A stretch of DNA of 64,000 nucleotides, taken from NCBI GenBank assembly GCA_003971905.1, contig RSEE01000127.1, forward strand, positions 1 through 64,000, written 5' to 3'. This stretch comes from Moniliella sp. 'wahieum' (lineage: Eukaryota). This document shows, piece by piece, positions 28,715 through 41,672 of this stretch. The notes under the pieces are model-generated. The model was not told the origin of the DNA and did not search any database. It saw nothing but the letters and a program-made list of their open reading frames with translations. Both the position numbers and the translations under genes were made by a program. The first letter of the stretch is position 1, and each line of letters begins with the position of its first letter.

Positions 28715-30615
28715 TCACTCGCTCTTTATCAGAGAGTCGTGCACCCAATGCATTCCACGTCCATTGCATTGCGCCGCAGTAACAGATATTGTGATGCATG
28801 GTGAGATATTACTCAGTCCTCTCAGCGTAAGAGATCCTGGCAGGTGCTCCTCATTTAAGGGGTTGTTCTCAAGCTCCACCTCGGTAGAACCCGACTTGGC
28901 TTGCACCGGGTTCGACTGAACAACAACATGTTGGGGTCGTAAGGTAGCAAAGGTTAGATAAGAAGTATGGCCACGCATCTGCATTGTAACGGTGTTAGTC
29001 ACTCCCTTTCTCTCGGCTGGATTCTCATCGTACCTCTGAGGCAGGCTTGGACAAGACGTTGGCTGCCTTGAGGGCCGTGGTACCGCTCGATACTTTGGGG
29101 CCCGACGCAATCAAATACTCAGTGCTCGACGAGGAACTGGGGTCCTTGGTCTTGGCTTCGGACATTTGGGTTGATTGTGGTGTGGGTTGCACCTCTTGAT
29201 CCACAAGCATAGCTTCGTCCTCTGCGTTCTGCAACTTGACCCTCTTGGAGGTGGAGGACGTACTCTCGGGAGAGGGATCGGCAGGACGCTTGTCTCCCGT
29301 GCTAGCTGGGTTGCTTTCGTCCGTTTCGGTTTCGGGGCGGGAAACAAGCTTGGCAGCAGCCTTTTCCTTCTTGATTCGAGATCGTTCGATCTGCTCCAAT
29401 CGCTTGATTTCCTTGATCCGCTCAATTTCCCGCAATCGCTCGGCCACCTGCGTGACATCTTTGAGTGGTCCGAGGGAAGCTGTAAAAGGCTGATGCTCTC
29501 TGGTGAGCGACTCGAACGTCTCCACCTCAGTAAAGCCAGCTTCGGATAGAGCTTGGGTGGTGCGCAGAACTTGTTCCATGCAAGGACTGAAGGTACAGAT
29601 CCTCGTCGCCACATCGGGGTTGAGTGCGGCCTTGGCAAACGGAACCGCCTCCCAGGGAGCAGGAAGGTCGAGGAAGATCGCATCAGCGTACATGCCTTCA
29701 GGCAATCCAAAGCCCGAGCGACAAACATTGCGATGGTTTAAGGCTACCACACCGGGTACCAAGCCGTGCGCTTCAAACTCGATTCTGGAAAACAAAAAAA
29801 TGTGATGTCAGTCAAGCGAATCAGCACTTTTTTTGGAAGAAACAGTGCACGTACTTGGCCTTGCGTGCCCGTTCCGAGTGGAACTCAAACGACCATACCC
29901 GTCCCTCATTTGCACCAACGGCCCACCCGCCTCGTCCAAGGTCAAGGTGTTGTCCGATCCCGAGGGGGACGTGTCGTCGTCGTCCACACAGCCCAGATCT
30001 TCCGTATCCGCCGCAGCGTCGTAGTCAGGGTTGTCCGACTTGGGCCGAGCAGGACGAGCATTGCGACCTGCACCACGACCTTGCGTCGAACCCATCCCTG
30101 GCACGCCAGCCAGCGGACACTCCGCTGGGCCTCGGTTGCGACGGCACGGACTAGAGCATGCGTCATGCTCCCACTCCCAGTTCCCGCCTCGATCACTCGT
30201 GCTCCTGGAGTGAGCCCGAGATGAGAGGAAACAAATGAAATGTCAGGGTAGTATAGGATCTGGGTACGATGGGGTAGCGCCAAGGTCCACAGCGATGCGG
30301 TGGGACGGAGGAGGTGAATGAAGCCCTTCTTGTTGCGGCTGAAGATACGACTTCCAAATGGAAGCCCAATCATGTCGTTGTGCGGAAAGGCGCCAAACAC
30401 ATTCACAAACTCTTGACCAGGCGTGACGGTGAGAGGCAAGGGAGTGGCAGTGTGGGAGACAAAGAGGATCACCAGATCGCCCGGTTGGATCGTGAGATGT
30501 TTCCTGGCAACACCCATCGGCTCCCTGGAGGCGATGTCGAAGGGGTGGCAGAAGCGTTAACAACCGATACATCCGCGAGGGTGGTTGCGTCAGAGGCGGG
30601 GTCAGAGGTGGCCAT
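28715..30615 (-). CDS. TRM61: tRNA (adenine58-N1)-methyltransferase catalytic subunit
   Basis: LWTLALPHRTQILY, VIEAGTGSGSMTHAL, DAIFLDLPAPW, FSPCMEQV, RGHTSYLTFA. Introns near 29786-29852 and 28979-29032. Confidence 0.92.
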
Positions 30616-31171
30616 CGTCGTCCACGCCGATGTCGTCGTTGCAAGCACAAGTTGGGGCAGGAGCAGGTGCTGGTGAGGAGAAAAAAGAAGAGAGAAGCGG
30701 AACAGGATCTGTGATTCCGCTCGGTCACCCCATACTGCAGGCAGAGCCCCTATCATGCATCATGCATCATGCATCACATGCCATGCATCAACGTTTGTTG
30801 ACGTGTTCGCATGTATACGTTGATCGTCGTCCGCATATTTACAAACGTGTTGAACACGTTGAACGGAGCCATAGAGTTTGACCAGAACTGCTGACGCGCT
30901 GACGAGGCATCGACGGAACCTAATTTATGGAAGGAAAACCACCATAACCGCTGGGAGGCGGCCGGGAGATGCCTCATGATATATTTTGGTCGATATATAT
31001 GACGAACAATTCTACTCCTTTCCCCGTGATATGCCTGCAGTGAGAGTTATTGTGTGTGAGCTGCCAGCAACCAAATGTATAAAGTACCCCCGCAAGTCCG
31101 TGTCGATCCATATTCTAATTGATTTGATCCTCCCCGAGATGCATAAAAGGGGGAAAAGGGGTTGAGAACTT

Positions 31172-33586
31172 TTACTGCTTGAACGAGCCAAAGACAGCAT
31201 TGCCATCGGGCAGCGCCAACAAACTGTCCAACTGAGCCCACGCATTGCCGTGTTGCGGTGAATACGCCTCATTCTCGGGAAAGCAGAGCACGCCAGGTGG
31301 GAATAACCAAACGAAGTGCAAACCGAGCCAAGACAAAATCAAAGATCAACTTACGTTCGAGTGGGCTGAACGGCCGGACATCGTTGTACCCCCGCAAGAA
31401 ACTTAGTCCCCGCTCCAGCCAATCCGAATCGCTGTCGGGTGCACCGAGACTGTACACTGCACCCACCGCAGCATCCTGCACCACAGGGGCACGGATGGAA
31501 TCGCCCCAATCAATGATCCCTACCACTTCATCAGGTGCGGTGTGGCTGACCAACACATTGGCCGCATTCAAATCGTTGTGTACCACCGACTGCTCCAGCT
31601 CACCACTCGCCACATAGGGAGCGACCCGTTGCTCATAATTGACAATCAATCCTCGACTACTTCTCGCTCCTTGTCAGAGCGTAGTGCATCCATGTACTTG
31701 CGCATCTGTGCTACATGCGTAGCGTCCCACAGCAGCTCGTGGTCTTGGCCGGGGTGGGAAAAGTCTTTGAGCGCAAGGCTGATCTGGGCCCCCACTCGAC
31801 CGATGTTGTACGCTTGAGCGGGCGTACGGGGAGATGAGCTGAGCATGTCGCCCTCCAAAAAAGTGACAACCCTCACCACTCGGGTCTGGAATAAGAGCTG
31901 ACCCTCGCTATCCTTCGGTGAGGCCGTTGGTGACGGTTCAATCACCCGGGCTACAGGCAAGTGCGGCGCCACCTTCTGGAGATGGTGCAGGATCGATGTT
32001 TGGAAGGCCGACATCTCGGCTGGTTCGGAAGGATGAACAAACTTGATGGTGAAACGCTGGCCGTCCGAGGCGGTCACTCGAAAGTTGTCGTCCCGTTCCC
32101 CAATTAGCCGCTTGAGCGGCTGAGCGGCCGTGATACCGAAGTGCTGTTCCAGCACCTCTTGAGCTTCAGCCTCCGTCACTGGGGTCCGGTCCGCCTCCAG
32201 AACCGAGCCGCCCGTATTTGTTGGTCGTGTGAGGGATGCACTCTGTATGGTTGCCTCGAGCGCGGCCAGGAAATGCTGGGCATGGGCTTTGGTGAATGCA
32301 AGAAGAGGGCGAATCTTGAGCGAATTGCCTGCCTTCGAGGTGGTTGAGATAAGCACTCTGCGCTCCCGCATTGCGTTTACCACCAGCTTGGCCAGGTCGG
32401 CATCAGGCTCCTTGGACCCTCTGTCCTTCACGAACTCGACGGCAAAGTACTGTCCTGCGCCACGAACATCACCAATACAAGCGTACTGCTCTTTGAGCCG
32501 CTCAAGCCCTGCGAGAGTGAACCCCCCTACTTCCGCAGCTTGGGGCATGAGACGTAACACCTCGTCAAGTGTGGCTGGCGGCTGCGATGCTCACTGGGTT
32601 GCCTCCAAAGGTATTGAAGTACCTTACGTCTCGGCCAAACGTATCGGCGACATCAGATCGAGCGATGCAGGCAGCAACGGGAACCCCATTTCCCATGGGT
32701 TTGCCCACTGTGACCAGGTCGGGAAGGACACCATGATTCTGGAAACCCCATACTTTGCTCCCCGTCCGACCAAACCCGGGCTGAACCTCATCGGCGATGA
32801 ACAGTCCATCATGTTTGTGCACCACTTCCACTGCCGCCTTCAAAAATCCCTCGGGGCCGGGGAACATGCCGTCAGATGAGAAGATCGTGTCAACAAGGAG
32901 GCCGGCAAACTTGATCCCAGCTTTGGTCATGTCCGCAATCGCAGACTCAATGTCGGCGGCAAACTTGGCCCCCACATCAGTGCCGGTAGGCGTGCGGTAA
33001 AAGTCAGGAGCAGGGACAGTGCGAGCATGCGGGTGCAACGGCGTGCCGGCACCCATGCTGGGTGAGAGAGAGGCGATGAGCTCAGAGTGCCATGGTACGC
33101 ATTGTCGGTGACAATAATACCTGTGCCGCCAGTGAAATGCTTGACCATGCGTACCGCCAGATCGTTCGCCTCAGATCCAGTGCAGGCAAACATGATCCGC
33201 CCCTTGCAGCTCGGGCTCGTGATCAAATGTAGCCAAGAGCCGGTCTGCATAATTGAGAATTTGGTCACTCATGTAACGGGTGTGGGTATTGAGGGTGGCG
33301 AGTTGCTTGCTCACCGCTCCTACCACATGGGGATTGCAGTGCCCGACGCTGACCACGTTGTTGTAACAGTCAAGATACGGGTGCCGTCCGGGTCGTACAG
33401 GTGCACGCCTTCGCCGCGCACGAATTCGACGGGGTGCTGATATTGAAGCTTGTAGGCGGGACCCAGCAGGCGCTGGCGGCGTTCAATGATGGTACGCTCG
33501 TGCGTATTCAGCGCTCCAGCGGTTCGAGGGTCGAATCCGTTCTGCATTCCTCCCGTAGGGTCGGAAGTGGACTTGGGTGCGGACAT
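31172..33586 (-). CDS. Fusion: class-III PLP aminotransferase/phospho-lyase (N-term) + aminoglycoside-phosphotransferase/hydroxylysine-kinase-like domain (C-term)
   Basis: AT-III motifs TGSEAND, FIADEVQPGFGRTG, VTVGKPMGNG, YFNTFGGNP, LKIRP. Kinase motifs GERDDNFRV, VVHNDLNAANVLV, GIIDWGD. The domain junction lies inside the uninterrupted ORF 31646-32560. No introns seen. Confidence 0.85.
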
Positions 33587-33923
33587 GGGGTGGATGCAGC
33601 GTTAGAGGCAAAGGTGGTGGTGGATGGTGTGGAAATGCCAAGAGGGTCCCTGCCCGCCAGTAATCAATGTACAACAGATGCTTTAGGACCATGTCACAAT
33701 TAAAGTTTTTTATCGCCCTGGCGTTGGCCGTCTCTTTGGTTTGACGCGGTCCTATTATATGAGGCACACTATTTTCCGAAGCTGCTTCCCGGTATACGCG
33801 GTCCAAGCCGTGTACACTCGGCATGGAGCGAGGCCTGCGTGCTACATTGAATACAGAGCCTCACAGCTCGATCAGGTCGAGCCGCTGCCCTTCGCACGGA
33901 CGGCTCATATAACGGCTGCCATT

Positions 33924-35188
33924 TCAATCGGACAATACAATGGGCTCAACAGGTGCAGGTGCTGTCGTTGCCGTGGCAGTTGCGGGTCGGAGAATATCAT
34001 CCGGTACGGCTGCGAAAATGACATCGTCGTCATCGTCCATGAAGCCTTCCGACTCATCTTCTACTATTAACGGTATGTCTTGCGCCGTGGCCGTCGTCTG
34101 TGGTGGGGCTCGTGAGTCTTGCGTTACTTGGGAGGCAGTGGGGCGCCTGCCAGCGGGGGGCCTCCCCGCGGTGGGCTCTGCGTTAGGTCGGATCCCCAGT
34201 TCTTTCTCAAGACGACTGACATAGTTCACTTCCCATCCATCTTGGAGCTCAAATACGCTCCCGCCAAGAATTTGCACGTTGCTGTTTCGCAGCAATAACT
34301 TGCCTTCTTGTACCTCGACATTTCGCAATAGCAACTGAGGAGAGTAGGAATAGGTTAGCTACCGTCATTGATGCCTTAGGGATGGGGGAGTAGAGCAGAA
34401 ACAAGGCGTCATTACCTTGCATCCCAATGGGGTAGCTCCCATCCGTAGACCCTCTATCCTTTCCATCTCAATCCCAACAACAGAAGGAGCATCCATCCCG
34501 CCCGCCCTTTGTTCAGCGGTACTGGCCATACCATCGTCCAGCTCCAAGAGGAGCATCGAGCGCGGGTATTTGATACCGGTAGCAATCGCTTCTTGCTCCT
34601 CAGCTGTCATCTCGCCAGTGTTTTCCTCCTCTGCAGGCAAGCGTGCCTCGGGTGCCTGCATGTTGCGCGCATCCTCTGCTAAGAGTTTTTTGCCAGCCTC
34701 AGTTTGTCGAGCAAGAAGACGAGAGCGTGTGATGTCGAGGAGGGTTTGTTTGGAGACGCCAATATCTGGTGGAGTACATGATCCATTGGTGAGTGAATGC
34801 GCGGCAGGGAAAGATCCAGACGGAAGCGCAACACACCTGTGATGCCCACGATCTGTACCAGCAGTCCTTGGTGTTTCTTGGGGCCTTCGGAGGAGCTGAG
34901 CCAGGCATGTTGGGCCCGACTCACCCCGCCGTCGGAGCGAGGGTGCAGACACGAGTCAAACCCACCTCGTTTCTGTGCCCGGCGCTCTGTGTCGATGAGG
35001 GCGGCCAGGTCGGCATGGAGGAGCTCGTGGTGGACGCGCGCCTGTAGCGCACTGAGCCCTATGCTGGGGTTGGAAGAGGCAACGTACTCAGTGGCGTCCT
35101 GGACCCACTCGCGGTTGAGGGGGAGAGTCGGGTACCGGGACAGAAGGTAAGCATGCACCGCCGCCACCTGGGTTCGCGATTGGGCCAT
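33924..35188 (-). CDS. RMI1: RecQ-mediated genome instability protein 1 (OB-fold)
   Basis: LLVQIVGITDIGVS, YPRSMLLLELDDG, GIEMERIEGLRMGATPLGCK|LLLRNVEVQEGKLLL...ILGGSV. Two introns. Confidence 0.8.
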
Positions 35189-36138
35189 GGGCGCACAGGT
35201 TGGGGCCGTGGGACACAGGAGTGGCGGTGACTGTGTGGCTCTCCTCCGGGTCTGCTGTTGCGGTTGCGCGTGGCGAGCACGCCTGGCCGAGCCGGGGGTG
35301 GCGCGTTGGGCAAGGATTGAAACGTGCAATGCCGGGCCTGGCTGCACGTGATGCGTGAGCAGCGTGAACGTGGCCGGGTGGCCGGTGGCATCCGCACCAA
35401 CGCGAGTTGGCCTCCTCAGGTATTGAAGATCTAACTCGCCAGTCTCCGCCACACCTGGAGGCTACTGCTCACCGCGGGGCGGCCTCAGAGGAGCCAACCC
35501 CGCACAACTCAGCACTAATGGGGATGGGTGGGGCAATAGCGGTGGGCAGTGGGTACTCTCTATATACATTGACTTTTCTCCATCGCATGTCAACAGTGCC
35601 AGGCTTTTCGCTGTCTTTTAAGATCTGGGTCTGAGATCTAGGTCTGGATCTGAGAACGTGAAGCATCGCTGCAGGCCACGAGGTTGCCAGTGAGGAATGG
35701 CGTTTCCATGGCGGTGGGAACGCCAAGCGATCTCGATGGGTGTGTCTGGCTTGAAACGGCGACTGTGCTGGGATTGCGACGGCGCAGACTGGACTGGGCA
35801 AAAAAAATTGCTACCTGCTGCAGGTTATCTCCGGGCATTGCACCGATGCAACCCTTGGGCAGTGGGGGCTGTCAATCATGCATGGCACTGGTGCCCTCGC
35901 TCCTGGAAGCGGCACAGCGCCAGCATGAGCCGTATCGATCATGCCTGATTCGGGGCTGCAACCGCTGACCGGGGGGTAGGGTTGCAGCCAGAGTGCACTG
36001 GCGTAGGCGCGGTGGCGGGGGTGGCGGGGGTGGCGCGGCGGCTCGGCTCGCTTGGCGTGAGGTGGGTCATCCACCACCACCACCACCACTCTCCCCCTTT
36101 CCCCTTGCCCCGTCCTCGATACGCATCGTCTGCACAAC

Positions 36139-37842
36139 ATGTCCAATACTGGACGCAACACAGGCCGTCTGGACTTGTACAAGAGCAAGGGACTACTCCA
36201 GCAGGATGATCTTCGCCGCCGCCGCGAGGATCAGCAAGTTGAGATCCGTCGCCAGAAGGGGAGGAGACTCATGCTAAACGCCGTCAGATGGATGTCTCTC
36301 AGATCGAACTTACTGATGACGACACCGAGGATGAGGATGCCGTCGGTGCCATGCTCTCTGGTCAACGGGTGCGTTTTTTTACTCCAACGCCTGTTTCATC
36401 CCCTACCAATGGATGCCGTACTGACTTATCTCTGCACAGCTTCAGGACCTGCTGCCTCAGATGGTAGCCAAGCTTATGTCGGACAGTGAGCAGGACCAGC
36501 TGGAAGCTACCACTCAGTTCCGCAAGTTGCTTTCCAAGGAGAAAAATCCTCCTATTGAACGTGTGATCGCTGCTGGCGTCGTCCCTCGCTTTGTGCAGTG
36601 CTTGGCCAGCCCCAACGGCGCTATCCAATTCGAGGCGGCTTGGGCCTTGACCAACATTGCCTCGGGTACGTCGGAGCACACCCAAGTAGTGATCATGGCC
36701 GGTGCCGTGCCAGTGTTCATCCAGCTGCTCTCCTCCCCGAGGTGGACGTGCGGGAGCAAGCAGTTTGGGCGCTAGGTAACATCGCCGGCGACAATGCCGC
36801 ATGCCGTGACTTTGTCCTCACCGAAGGTGCCATGACTCCGCTTCTTTCTCTTCTCAATGAGAACCAAAAGATGGGTATGCTGAGAAACGCAACCTGGACG
36901 CTAAGCAACTTTTGCCGGGGCAAGAACCCTCCCCCTGCGTGGGAGTTAGTCGCACCAGCCCTGCCCATGCTGGGTAAACTCATTTATTCGACTGATGAAG
37001 AAATCCTGATTGATGCTTGTTGGGCGATTTCCTACCTGTCGGATGGGGCAAACGACAAGATTCAGGCTGTGATTGAATCGGGAATTGTCCGCCGTCTGGT
37101 TGAACTCCTGGCCTTCGATTCGACGGCTGTCCAGACTCCTGCTCTGCGCTCGGTCGGAAACATTGTCACGGGGGATGACTTGCAGACCCAGGTTGTCGTG
37201 GCTTCTGGTGCGCTTACCCCTCTCCTCGCCCTCCTCTCTTCTCCGAAGGATGGAATCAAGAAAGAGGCTTGCTGGACTATCTCGAACATCACCGCTGGCT
37301 CGACACACCAGATTCAAGCGGTCATTGACGCCGGAATTATTCCTCCTTTGATCGATATCCTTAAGACGGCCGATTTCCGAACCCGCAAGGAGGCCTGCTG
37401 GGCCTTGAGCAACGCCACGTCTGGGGGGTTGCAGCAACCTTCCCAAATTCGTTACCTTGTGGATCAAGGTTGCATCAAGCCCCTGTGTGATTTGTTGACT
37501 ATTATGGACAACAAGATCATCCAGGTGGCCCTTGACGGAATCGAGAACATTCTCAAGGTTGGAGAGCAGGACAAGATAGCCGCTGGACCTGGAGCGGTGA
37601 ACCATTATGCGCTTCAGGTTGAGGAGGCTGGTGGTATGGTGACGATTCACCATTTGCAAAACCATGAGAACCACGACATCTACCAGAAGACGTTCTTTAT
37701 CATGGACCACTATTTCCCTGAAGAGGAGGACGATGTTGCCGATGGGGTTGCTCAACCCGCAGTGGACGAGCAGGGCGCCTACACCTTTCAAACTGACCTG
37801 GCCGCGCCGCAAGGTGGGTTCTCGTTTGGACCGGCTATGTAA
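36139..37842 (+). CDS. SRP1: Importin subunit alpha (karyopherin alpha)
   Basis: IBB domain ([16 protein letters not shown]), ARM repeats ([43 protein letters not shown]). Intron ~36369-36439. Confidence 0.96.
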
Positions 37843-38889
37843 CGCCCCAGCTTACCGAAGTTCTTGCCCGAGCCCCCCCCCCCCCCCCCCTTTCAATGGT
37901 TGTCTGACTGTGGCCAGACTCGCAAGCACCAAGCAGTACCCGGCACGCGCAAGGATGGTATCGCGTGCCTCCATTTGCGCAATTCCCCCAACCCCCCTCT
38001 TTACCCCTTGCTTTCTCCCTCGGTTTGTTAGAGCGATGTATCCCCTGTGATGCGCAATCCTCTCCTCAGGTATTCCAGACACTCCCCCTTGCCCCCTCAG
38101 CAACTGTACCCCCATTGGCATGTATTCTCTCGCCCTCGCATGTAACCGCCCGCTTCCCCAGTCGCTGAATAGCGATCCTCTTCATTCAACGTTGATATGT
38201 GACAGTCCTAGGCATCCTCTCATTCGAGGTCCAACAGCATGAGAGTGATCACTCGAGGTTCCCGTCTATTGCGATTGGGTCCAACTTAGAGAATAGGAGA
38301 GGTGCATGGGGCGTCATCGCGTCATCGAGATTGCTATACATATACACACCCTAATACGGATGGGTCTCAGTCGCTTCTGGGAGGCGGAAGAGATGCTGCA
38401 GGACCGGAAGCGGTTGTGGGGGGGGAGATACAGTCGCGCCTGTCCCATGCGCTGGTCCAGCGGTTCGCCCCGCTGCGTCTTCGCTTGCACAGGCGGCATG
38501 AATATTGCGAGTGGATCGATGGCCTATGGTGGCAGCAGGTCCCAAGTACTTTAACGTTTCACTTTGCCGCTTCGCGGCTCTGCCCTTCCACGTGCCAGAA
38601 CATCTCACATGGATGGGGGCGTTACATAAGGGCGGGAAGACTCGCGCTGCGCTCCTGGTGGCAGGGGGGCAGTTGCAAAAACGGCTGTGGGGGCACAGTC
38701 GATAGAGGCACCTCCCCAGTGTTCGAGTGCTGCTTCCATTCGTTCGATAAGCATGACACTGGCGGTATGCTGTGGGAAGAAGCAAAAAAAAAAAAAACGC
38801 CCTCTGCCCGCCAGCAGCATCAAAAAGGCCCCCTGCCCTGGGCTTCGCTGCCGTTCTCCCCACCACCAACGGTACTCACATCGTTCGCC

Positions 38890-40339
38890 ATGGGTAAGGA
38901 AAAGGTGAGTTCTGCGCCTGTCGCACCCCTCCAGTAGTCTCGCTGCACTCATGCTAACTCCATCCCCTCTCAGCTTCACGTCAACGTCGTTGTCATCGGC
39001 CACGTCGACTCCGGTAAGTCGACCACGACCGGCCACCTGATCTACAAGTGCGGTGGTATCGACAAGCGTACCATTGAGAAGTTCGAGAAGGAGGCTGCTG
39101 AGCTCGGCAAGGGTTCGTTCAAGTACGCCTGGGTGCTCGACAAGCTCAAGGCTGAGCGTGAGCGTGGTATCACCATCGACATTGCCCTGTGGAAGTTCGA
39201 GACCCCCAAGTACCAGGTCACTGTCATTGACGCCCCCGGCCACCGTGACTTCATCAAGAACATGATCACGGGTACCTCGCAGGCCGACTGCGCCATTCTC
39301 ATCATTGCCGCCGGCACTGGTGAGTTCGAGGCTGGTATCTCCAAGGACGGCCAGACCCGTGAGCACGCTCTGCTCGCCTTCACCCTTGGTGTGCGCCAGC
39401 TCATCGTTGCCGTCAACAAGATGGACGCTACCAAGTACTCGGAGGACCGCTTCAACGAGATCATCAAGGAGACCTCGACCTTCATCAAGAAGGTCGGCTT
39501 CAACCCCAAGTCGTGCCCTTTGTCCCCATCTCGGGCTGGAACGGTGACAACATGATTGAGGCCACCACCAACATGCCCTGGTACAAGGGTTGGGAGAAGG
39601 AGACCAAGGCCGGCAAGGCCACTGGCAAGACTCTCCTTGACGCCATTGACGCCATTGACCCCCCCTCGCGCCCCACCGACAAGCCCCTGCGTCTCCCCCT
39701 GCAGGACGTGTACAAGATCGGCGGTATCGGCACTGTCCCCGTCGGCCGTGTCGAGACGGGTGTGATCAAGCCCGGCATGGTCGTTACCTTCGCTCCCGCG
39801 AACGTGACCACTGAAGTCAAGTCCGTCGAGATGCACCACGAGTCGCTCCCCGAGGGTCTCCCCGGTGACAACGTCGGCTTCAACGTCAAGAACGTCTCGG
39901 TCAAGGACATTCGCCGTGGCAACGTTGCTGGTGACTCGAAGAACGACCCCCCTATGGAGGCTGCCTCGTTCAACGCCCAGGTCATCATCATGAACCACCC
40001 TGGCCAGATCTCGAACGGCTACTCGCCCGTTCTTGACTGCCACACGGCCCACATTGCTTGCAAGTTCGACTCCATCCTTACCAAGATGGACCGTCGTTCG
40101 GGTAAGACCATTGAGGAGACCCCAAGTTCATCAAGTCGGGTGACGCCGCCATGGTCAAGATGATCCCCACCAAGCCCATGTGCGTTGAGGCCTTCAACGA
40201 GTACCCCCCGCTCGGCCGTTTCGCCGTCCGTGACATGCGCCAGACCGTGGCTGTCGGTGTCATCAAGTCGGTTGAGAAGACCTCCGGCAAGGGTGGCAAG
40301 ACCACCAAGGCCGCTGAGAAGGCCGGCAAGAAGAAGTAA
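38890..40339 (+). CDS. TEF1: Translation elongation factor 1-alpha
   Basis: [56 protein letters not shown]. Intron 38905-38973; two 1-bp frameshifts. Confidence 0.98.
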
Positions 40340-41173
40340 GCGGCTCGCACGGCTTATCCGGTCCCTGCGTAACCCTGCCCAGCGTGGGTTGGGGAACGTG
40401 GCTATTTTTTTTTGGCCCGAGAGCAAGGCTCGGAGTGTCCTTGTAACCCCTTTCTATTCTTTCCTTTCGCTGATCCAGCGCGATTGGTCTCCATTGCATG
40501 GCTGTCATGCTAGCTCCACTGCACCGTAGATGAGAGAACGAGACGTGAGGCATTTGGTAGACACTGCGTACAAGGGTACATGACAAGTATTCATTTCTTC
40601 CTGGGCAGGCGAGATCGGTAAGTAGTGACTGCACTCCTACCTGGTGTTGCCAATAACCGGTTCCTTTGATGTGCTCGCCCTTGTTCGCTCTGGGAGGTCT
40701 CGATGTGTTCCTACGAACGAACGGTTTTCTGCTTGGGTAATCGGTAACCGAGGAGGCCCGGCCGCCCACGACAAGACAGTGAATGTCAAAAATGGGGAAG
40801 TTGCACCGATTTCAAAGGGGGGCATCGGCGGAATAGTAGGGTTGTGCTGCGGTAGTGCTGGGATAAACTGCCCTTTTAAATCCAAAGTTTAACACACTGA
40901 CGCATTGCCGCCTGTCCAGCCCGTTCCAACGGATTGGATCCACCACGGCTCAGTTGACCATCAGGCAAGTTCGCTTGTTTCGAACCACACCAACCGTCAA
41001 AGTGAGTATCAAGTCTGGAAGGGCGTGTCCACGTACGCCAGCCGTTACATCTTTTGTGGAGTGTTGTTCTTGCTTCCCTGGGTACGGGATGGCATGGCAA
41101 CGTGTGGTGCTGGGTTCGCGGGTGGTGTCAAGTCAAATGAGGTCGTGCAGGACTGACGAAATGCTTGTTGCAG

Positions 41174-41672
41174 ATGTCCAACCCTCAAGCCGTTTCGTGC
41201 TTTGGCAAGAAGAAGACCGCCACGGCGGTGGCTTACGCCAAGGCGGGTAAGGGTTTGCTTCGTGTCAACGGGCAGCCCATTCACCTCATGAAGCCCGAGG
41301 TGCTCCGCTGGAAGCTCTACGAGCCCGTCCTCATCGTTGGTGAGGACAAGTTTGCGTGCGTTTTCCACCCCTCTTTGATTTGGATTCGGTAAATGAGCAC
41401 CGCTGACGTTTTTTTTGTGCAGTCCCGTTGACATTCGTGTGCGCGTGTCGGGTGGTGGCCACACCTCGCAGGTGTACGCCATCCGCCAAGCCATCGCCAA
41501 GGCTCTTGTTGCGTACTACGCCAAGTTCTACGATGCTTCGTCGGCCCTGGAGCTCCGTCAGCTCTTTGTTAGCTATGACCGTACCCTCCTTATCGCCGAC
41601 CCCCGCCGTATGGAGCCCAAGAAGTTCGGTGGCAAGGGTGCTCGCGCTCGCCGCCAGAAGTCTTACCGTTAA
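41174..41672 (+). CDS. RPS16: 40S ribosomal protein S16 (uS9)
   Basis: [54 protein letters not shown]. Coding intron 41356-41422; probable 5'-UTR intron 41002-41173 ending directly at the ATG. Confidence 0.96.

Noticed and set aside
41002..41173. Intronic snoRNA in RPS16
   Set aside because: No convincing C box or rRNA-complementary guide.
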